Both the position numbers and the translations under genes were made by a program. A stretch of 64,000 nt of DNA from positions 1,888-65,887 of the forward strand of contig JBGSHT010000090.1 in assembly GCA_041752135.1 (NCBI GenBank), given 5' to 3'. Within the stretch, counting starts at the first letter, position 1; the number at the start of each line of letters is the position of its first letter. The DNA is from Chitinophagaceae bacterium. Lineage in GTDB: Bacteria; Bacteroidota; Bacteroidia; Chitinophagales; Chitinophagaceae. Shown piece by piece: positions 58,004 through 64,000 of this stretch. Under the pieces are notes generated by a model, which made no database searches, had not been told where the DNA came from, and saw nothing but the letters and a program-made list of their open reading frames with translations.

Positions 58004-58525
58004 TCAGCTCAATGGCTGATTTTTCAGGTATTTTACCTCATTGGTGCCCGTGAATTTTTTCTTCTTTTTCCGGCAATATGTGTATGAAATAACGATCAGC
58101 ATTTCCGAATACATTGATGGCACATTCATTATTTTAACCATCCCTTCATCTTTAGTTTGTAATTCAAGTTGATAAACAGTATACCTGGTACCTGGCACCA
58201 GGGTGACCGTATCTTTTTTCATAAAAACACCGGACTGTCCGTTATTGCCATGAACTACCGGACTTTCAACTTTCCTGAGTGCAACTTTATAAACTTCTTT
58301 ATTTATAAGGATTTGATCAATTTTTAATTTTTTTGATCCGGATGCTATATAGATAAGCCAGTTGCCCCGGTATGCTTTTTGAGCCGTATCATCTTTAGCC
58401 TGAATACCTCCTGTCACAGGCTCAAACCAGGCATATATGTTTTTAATTTTATGCTGACCAAAAGACTGTAATGAACAAAGGAATCCCACTAAGAAAAATG
58501 TTGAAATGGAAATTCCTTTGTTCAT
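58004..58525 (-). CDS. Hypothetical exported basic protein
   Basis: 173-aa ORF with a signal-like N-terminus, 15 bp downstream of paralogue 2 on the same strand; family not recognised. Confidence 0.65.
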   Translation of the reverse strand: MNKGISISTFFLVGFLCSLQSFGQHKIKNIYAWFEPVTGGIQAKDDTAQKAYRGNWLIYIASGSKKLKIDQILINKEVYKVALRKVESPVVHGNNGQSGVFMKKDTVTLVPGTRYTVYQLELQTKDEGMVKIMNVPSMYSEMLIVISYTYCRKKKKKFTGTNEVKYLKNQPLS

Positions 58526-58540
58526 AAGATACGGGTTGAA

Positions 58541-61480
58541 TTAATACTTAACAAACTGCTGAATGAACTGATGTTTCAGGTCCTGGCTGGTGATCTGTAA
58601 TACATAGCTGCCTTTTGTAAGGTTGCTGATATTGACCCTTCCGTCACTGAATGTCCTGTTATCAGAATACAAAAGCTGTCCGTTCATATTCATTATCCTT
58701 ACATTGATTCCTTTTACACCCAATAATGAACCTTTGGTATAGTTTATCTCATTCTGAGCCAATGTGGGGAATGCCTGTTTGATAAAGGTCTTGTCGTTGA
58801 TAATTATTCCAGGTATGGAGGTCGGCAGGTCAGTAAGTTTTACAGGGTCCCCTATAAAGGCGATAAAGGCACCATTGCCATGCGTGCCAACGGCAAGTGT
58901 ATTATCTGACTGGCGATAGGAAAGTGACCTGATTATCGCTTTTTTCATCATGCCGGTGCCTTCATTGACCCAGCTTGTGTTATTGGCATTTATGCTGGTA
59001 GTGCTGTAAAGTCCCACAGATGTTCCAACATAATATTCAACTCCTACAGATTTTATAACGATCGCACAACTCTGTGAAGACACAGGCCCAAGGGCTCCGT
59101 CAATAACCTGCCAGGTAGGCGTAGCCGAAGTTGCATTGCCTGACCAGAAAATATTTTGTATCGGGTTAGCAGGTGCATCGTAATTTGACACCACAACCAA
59201 TACCGTATCCGCGTTGCGCGGGTTTACACTTATCCCTGAAACATAGCTGCCGGGGGTCATGGTTGGTGGTGTAATCTCACTGGGATTGGTAATGGGTGCT
59301 GCCACGTCCGAATTATTGAGCCGGAAAACTTTTCCGCTGGCTGTACCAAAATAGAGGTATTTAATACCTGAAGCGCTTCGGTTTGATACAGCCATGCTGC
59401 TCAGATTTCCTGAATTTGTGATACCCACCCCCGTTAATTCAGTCCAGGAAGATGAGTCAACCGTTGAGGCCCTGGTAGTTCTGTAAATATCATTTCTGTG
59501 GTTAAAATACATATGGTCAGAATTCCGCGGGTCCACCGTAAATAAGGTAAGCCATTGACCACTGTTTGGCTCAAGCCCTTCAGGTAAAATATCATCAAAT
59601 GAAATATCTGTAAGGTCAAGTGTATTGTTGGAAAGCTCCCAGGTCAGATTTAATCTGCTCAGGGAAGAACCGTTTACAACGGTTGAAAAGAAATGTTGTG
59701 TCAAAGTGCTGCCTGTTCCTTTGAATTCTGTCATGGCCGCTGATGCTCCGTCACCTCCGCCGATCTGCTCATGCGACAGTGAACTGGGAACATTCAAATT
59801 TACATATGTTCCGTTGTCCTGTGAGCCGCCAATGATCCAGCTGGCCAGTGTGTCCGGAATAATACTTACAAACTGGTATTGCATTGTTTGTAAGCCAGAA
59901 GTAAGCGGGGTCCATTTGATCGTGTCTGAATTCAAAGCATTGATTGTTTTATGAATTCCGCCGTCACTGGCTGTAAATAAAGTACTGTTATTTCCGGGTA
60001 AGAAATAAATACCATGAACATCCGGGTGATGGTTGGGATAAATATTAGTGGAAGGGATAAAGCCTCTTGAATATCCCCCAGCCCTGGTGAACTTTGTTGC
60101 ATTGGTGGTGCCAAGCAAATTGACCCTGTGCAGGCAGGTACCTCCAATGAACAATGTATTTTCGTCATCCGGTTTTACTGCAATGCTCATGTTGAAACCA
60201 AAAAACTGGGTGGTATAAGGATTTATGCCTTCTATGTTTCCGGCAACATCATTTGGAACGAAATCGCTCAGGTTTTTCCAGACATAAGTAACGGGATTGC
60301 CACTGGAAATATCAGCCTGGAAAAGGTCTGCTTCGGGTTTTGCGGAACTGCCAGTAGCTGAATTGGCATTTTTATACAGGATATATAATTTATTTGCAGG
60401 TGATAAAGCCATTACCGCTCTTCCCCATTTTCCATAAGCGGCCCAGCCGGCAATGGAATCTGCCTGGCCCGAAACACCGCCGGCAATTCTTTGCCAGGAG
60501 TCCACGTTACCTGTAGTTGATTCCCATATTCCGACCTCCGCTCTGCCGGCATTGCCGCCGGAAACCGAAACAAATATTTTGGAGCCATCGGGTTTGATTA
60601 ATATGTCGTGCATGCCGTTAAATGCTGAATTGGCAACGACTCCGCCCAAAACCGTGGTCCAGCTTAAGCCTCCGTCAGTTGATTTTGCTATACGGTTATG
60701 GATAGCTGCATATACATGGCCGTTCAATGGATTTACGGCAAGTCTGTGCACCAGGTCAAATCTGCCGGCAAAACTGTGTGGGTCGCCGTCTTCCGTGGAG
60801 ATGAGTTTGGTCCAGGTGACACCGTTGTTTGTGCTTTTGTACATACCGTAACCAAAAGTCCCGGCAATATCCTGCGCACTCGTTGGATAATAAACTTCAC
60901 CTGTCCCTGCGTACCAGGTATCCTGAAATCCGGTGCGTGGATCCTGAACAATACAGGTAATGCTCCTGATTTCATCTTCGGGAGAAACAAAGGTCCATGA
61001 AGTGCCTCCATTGGTACTCCTGAAAATACCACCTGTGGTTCCACCCGTTAATAATATATTGCTGTTTCTTTTGTCAGCAGCAAGTGTTCTTGATCTGCCT
61101 GCAACGTTATTAGGGCCTACTGACTGGTAGGTATTTAAATTTTGCGGCGTATTCAGTCCTTGCGGGCCATTGATCAAGAGGTCAAATTTTGACGGTATAT
61201 TCTGAACGGCTTTTAATTCAATCTGATGATAGTTATCCGGAATTTTTCCTGTAATGGGATTTCGCAGCATTTCATATTCGTGCCGGATCCTGTCTTCGGA
61301 AAACTTTTCCCTTGATGCTTCAGATTCTTCTCCTCTTGCTTTTTTTAGCAATAGCGCCGGGTCTATTTTCCCAATTAAAGGTTTACGAACTTCTTCATTT
61401 TGGTTAATACTGTGCTGAATGTAAAAAATGCCGGTCAGTACAACCAGGGAAACGAGTAAACCGGAAAATATCTTCTTCAT
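58541..61480 (-). CDS. T9SS type A CTD protein with BNR/Asp-box beta-propellers (paralogue 2)
   Basis: GPNNVAGRSR; STNGGTSW, HPDVH, GGSQDNG, GGDG and THGNG; CTD ends LTKGSYVL...QFVKY. Confidence 0.88.
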   Translation of the reverse strand: MKKIFSGLLVSLVVLTGIFYIQHSINQNEEVRKPLIGKIDPALLLKKARGEESEASREKFSEDRIRHEYEMLRNPITGKIPDNYHQIELKAVQNIPSKFDLLINGPQGLNTPQNLNTYQSVGPNNVAGRSRTLAADKRNSNILLTGGTTGGIFRSTNGGTSWTFVSPEDEIRSITCIVQDPRTGFQDTWYAGTGEVYYPTSAQDIAGTFGYGMYKSTNNGVTWTKLISTEDGDPHSFAGRFDLVHRLAVNPLNGHVYAAIHNRIAKSTDGGLSWTTVLGGVVANSAFNGMHDILIKPDGSKIFVSVSGGNAGRAEVGIWESTTGNVDSWQRIAGGVSGQADSIAGWAAYGKWGRAVMALSPANKLYILYKNANSATGSSAKPEADLFQADISSGNPVTYVWKNLSDFVPNDVAGNIEGINPYTTQFFGFNMSIAVKPDDENTLFIGGTCLHRVNLLGTTNATKFTRAGGYSRGFIPSTNIYPNHHPDVHGIYFLPGNNSTLFTASDGGIHKTINALNSDTIKWTPLTSGLQTMQYQFVSIIPDTLASWIIGGSQDNGTYVNLNVPSSLSHEQIGGGDGASAAMTEFKGTGSTLTQHFFSTVVNGSSLSRLNLTWELSNNTLDLTDISFDDILPEGLEPNSGQWLTLFTVDPRNSDHMYFNHRNDIYRTTRASTVDSSSWTELTGVGITNSGNLSSMAVSNRSASGIKYLYFGTASGKVFRLNNSDVAAPITNPSEITPPTMTPGSYVSGISVNPRNADTVLVVVSNYDAPANPIQNIFWSGNATSATPTWQVIDGALGPVSSQSCAIVIKSVGVEYYVGTSVGLYSTTSINANNTSWVNEGTGMMKKAIIRSLSYRQSDNTLAVGTHGNGAFIAFIGDPVKLTDLPTSIPGIIINDKTFIKQAFPTLAQNEINYTKGSLLGVKGINVRIMNMNGQLLYSDNRTFSDGRVNISNLTKGSYVLQITSQDLKHQFIQQFVKY

Positions 61481-61902
61481 GAATTTGATGTTAGCACGTT
61501 TAGAATAAAGAGTAAAGATTAACTGAAATGAATAATCGGAACCATGTTGATTTTCCGGGCTTCTATCATCTCAATTTAAAAAAAAATCTGCGAATTCCGT
61601 AATATTTAAAAAAGGCTCCCACAGCTATTTCTATCCGGGAGGCTTAAATGTCCCTGATTATTTTTACCGGCAATCCTAAAGCCTTAATGCTGAGAACAGA
61701 TTAAGTGGTTTTTGCCAAAAGGTATAAATTTATACCCTTTTGGGGCATTAATGTTTAACATCACCCATAATTAACAAGTGCATTACAATCTTCAGGGAAA
61801 TAAGTTTTTACCTGTTCTAAAGCAGGTATTATAAACCAGGTATGGTGAAACAAAAATTACAAATCGGTTATAATTTCACAGGGCTGCTGCCTGCAACTGA
61901 CG

Positions 61903-61910
61903 TATCTTTG
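61903..61910 (+). promoter_or_regulatory. Bacteroidota sigma-70 -7 element for mfd
   Basis: TATCTTTG is an exact consensus match, 52 nt upstream of the ATG at 61963. Confidence 0.6.
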
Positions 61911-61962
61911 CAAATCTTTAAGGATAAGATTATTATAAAGGCTGTTGTCAAGGATTTGTGTT

Positions 61963-64000
61963 ATGAACCTGAACTTATTGTTGGATAAATATCTTCAAGA
62001 CCCCCGCATTTCCCGTATTGCGGATGCTACCCTTTTGTCTTCACCCCAACGGATTTACCTGAAAAACCTGCTTGGCAGTTCGGCAGAGTTTGTTTTGTCG
62101 GCCGTATATAAACATCCGTCGTCCGGAGGCATGAATCATCTTATCATCCTCAACGATGCGGAAGAAGCGGCTTATTTCCACAATACCCTGGAAAACCTTA
62201 TCCAGCCCATCGATCTCTTCTATTTCCCGGCTTCCTTTAAAAATAAAAAGAACTACAGGCTGCTCAACAGCAGCCATGTTATGTTACGCACTGAAACGCT
62301 GACAAGGTTGTCAACCGGGGGAAATAAAAAGATCATTGTTACTTTCCCGGAAGCCCTCATGGAAAAAGTGGTGTTACCCAATACCTTGTCTGCCAACATC
62401 ATCAGTATCAAAACAAACGATAGCCTCGATGTAGATACCATGCTGGAGAAATTTGTTGGCTATGGCTTTGAACGGACAGACTTCGTTTATGAGCCTGGGC
62501 AATTTGCCATGCGCGGCGGCATCCTGGATATTTATTCCTTTGGCAATGAAAAGCCATATCGAATTGAATTGTTTGGTAATGAAGTTGATTCGATCCGGAT
62601 CTTTGACCCGGAAACACAATTGAGTGAGCGGAAACTGCTACAGGTTAACATCATCCCTAATATAGAGACCCGTTTTGATGAAGAAAAAAAGATCACTCTC
62701 CTGGAATACCTGCCGGAGAATACGATCGTGTGGTTGCGGGATGGTGATTTCATCCGGGAGAAATGGCTGGAGCAGGAAGATGATATAGACATGTTCCTGG
62801 ATCGGCAGGAAGGCGTTAAGCCCGAAACGGAAGAGGACGATATACTAAAGATCACTGTTCAGAAAACCGACTTTACCACGGCGGAACAACTGCAAAAGCA
62901 GATGGAACAAAGGCACCGGATTTCCATTGGCTACAAACAGGCTTTTTCGGAACCTACACTGGAGGCTGATTTCCAGACTAAAGCTCAGCCGGCTTTCAAT
63001 CGCCAGTTCGACCTGCTTATCCGGGACCTTAAAGGCTGGGAAGCAAAAAAGTTCAGCACTTTTATTTTTGCAGAGAATCCAAAGCAACTTGAAAGGCTCC
63101 ACAGCATTTTTGCTGACCTCAAGGCAGAAATTCATTTTGTACCGATACCCGTAGCCATACATGAAGGGTTTATTGATGAATCACTGGGTTTAGTATGTTA
63201 TACAGACCACCAGGTCTTTCAGCGTTATCATAAATACAAGATCAAGCAGGCCTACAATAAGAGCAAGGCATTAACCATACGTGCACTTAAGGAACTCACG
63301 CCCGGAGATTTTGTGGTGCATATGGACCATGGAGTTGGGGTATACAGCGGGTTGCAGAAAATGGATATCGGCGGCAAATGGCAGGAAGCGGTACGTATCA
63401 TTTATAAAGACAATGATATCCTGTATGTCAATATCAATTCGCTGCACAAGATATCAAAGTACACGGGCAAGGAAGGCCATGTTCCCAAGATCAATAAGAT
63501 AGGCAGTGATGTATGGCAGAAACTTAAAGAGAAAACAAAGATCAGGGTCAAACAAATAGCCTTTGACCTGATCAAATTATATGCGCAACGTAAGGCGCAG
63601 CCTGGCTTTGCACACACGCCTGATAATTACATGCAGACCGAACTGGAGGCCTCTTTTATTTATGAAGATACCCCGGACCAGAGCAAGGCGATCACAGATG
63701 TGAAAAAAGATATGGAAAGTCCGCATCCCATGGACCGTTTGGTTTGCGGCGATGTAGGCTTTGGTAAAACCGAAGTGGCAGTGCGTGCTGCATTTAAAAC
63801 CTGTATCGATGGACGACAGGCTGCTGTTCTGGTTCCTACTACCATCCTTGCATTTCAGCACTACAAAACATTCAGCGAAAGATTAAGGGATTTTCCTGTA
63901 ACCGTGGATTATATCAACCGGTTCAAATCTGCAAAGGAGAAAAAGGAAACTTTAAAGCGTCTTGAAGAAGGGAAGGTAGATATCATCATCGGCACGCATG
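61963..64000 (+). CDS. mfd: Transcription-repair coupling factor Mfd, 3'-truncated by window edge (absent from the ORF track)
   Basis: Manual translation: MNLNLLLDKY...GQFAMRGGILDIYSF (UvrB-like), PGDFVVHMDHGVG (CarD/RID), YEDTPDQ and MDRLVCGDVGFGKTEVA (Walker A). Confidence 0.97.
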   Translation, partial: MNLNLLLDKYLQDPRISRIADATLLSSPQRIYLKNLLGSSAEFVLSAVYKHPSSGGMNHLIILNDAEEAAYFHNTLENLIQPIDLFYFPASFKNKKNYRLLNSSHVMLRTETLTRLSTGGNKKIIVTFPEALMEKVVLPNTLSANIISIKTNDSLDVDTMLEKFVGYGFERTDFVYEPGQFAMRGGILDIYSFGNEKPYRIELFGNEVDSIRIFDPETQLSERKLLQVNIIPNIETRFDEEKKITLLEYLPENTIVWLRDGDFIREKWLEQEDDIDMFLDRQEGVKPETEEDDILKITVQKTDFTTAEQLQKQMEQRHRISIGYKQAFSEPTLEADFQTKAQPAFNRQFDLLIRDLKGWEAKKFSTFIFAENPKQLERLHSIFADLKAEIHFVPIPVAIHEGFIDESLGLVCYTDHQVFQRYHKYKIKQAYNKSKALTIRALKELTPGDFVVHMDHGVGVYSGLQKMDIGGKWQEAVRIIYKDNDILYVNINSLHKISKYTGKEGHVPKINKIGSDVWQKLKEKTKIRVKQIAFDLIKLYAQRKAQPGFAHTPDNYMQTELEASFIYEDTPDQSKAITDVKKDMESPHPMDRLVCGDVGFGKTEVAVRAAFKTCIDGRQAAVLVPTTILAFQHYKTFSERLRDFPVTVDYINRFKSAKEKKETLKRLEEGKVDIIIGTH

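Noticed and set aside
1029-61044. Numerous 60-190 aa antisense or alternate-frame ORFs inside long genes
   Set aside because: They overlap well-supported genes and show no motifs, as expected for shadow ORFs.
62041-63861. Short ORFs in the last 2 kb of the track
   Set aside because: They are shadows of mfd, which is open on the plus strand from 61963 to the window end.
1-64000. Prophage, integron, anti-phage defence system, tRNA or rRNA genes
   Set aside because: No integrase, transposase, reverse transcriptase, nuclease-effector or structural RNA signature was recognised. Gene content is core-genome-like.

Overview
A gene-dense core-genome window from a Bacteroidota bacterium, most likely Chitinophagaceae (gldE/gldD, SusC/SusD, T9SS C-terminal domains, TAnnTTTG promoters, frequent TTG starts, homodimeric GlyRS). 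It holds about 42 CDS, including mutL, a NagZ/beta-lactamase-family fusion, ricT/yaaT, holB, comF, radA, a CAZyme-free susC-susD-lipoprotein locus, rng, HU, mutY, ssb, gldE-gldD, lutB, purH, comEC, a fasciclin-LytS-LytTR module, a WD40/Omp85-type protein, an MbnP-MbnH-like pair, arfB, dtd, glyS and two paralogous T9SS-secreted Asp-box propeller proteins. Two genes are missing from the ORF track: a 31-aa bS22-like ribosomal protein and mfd, which runs off the right edge. I found no tRNA, rRNA, CRISPR-Cas, transposase or prophage. The unusual signal is non-coding. (1) A ~347-bp composite element (AT-rich leader, 4 direct and 2 inverted GTAG-tagged palindromes) occurs twice in inverted orientation, with two hairpin types swapped between equivalent slots; one copy sits inside a second inverted-repeat pair. 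(2) A promoter-seed-terminator unit with no ORF is a candidate ~60-nt sRNA. (3) Several heptamer-repeat arrays occur, some as inverted pairs. (4) There is a well-formed LytTR box and a sigma-54-type promoter. All family assignments come from motif recognition by eye, with no database searches.
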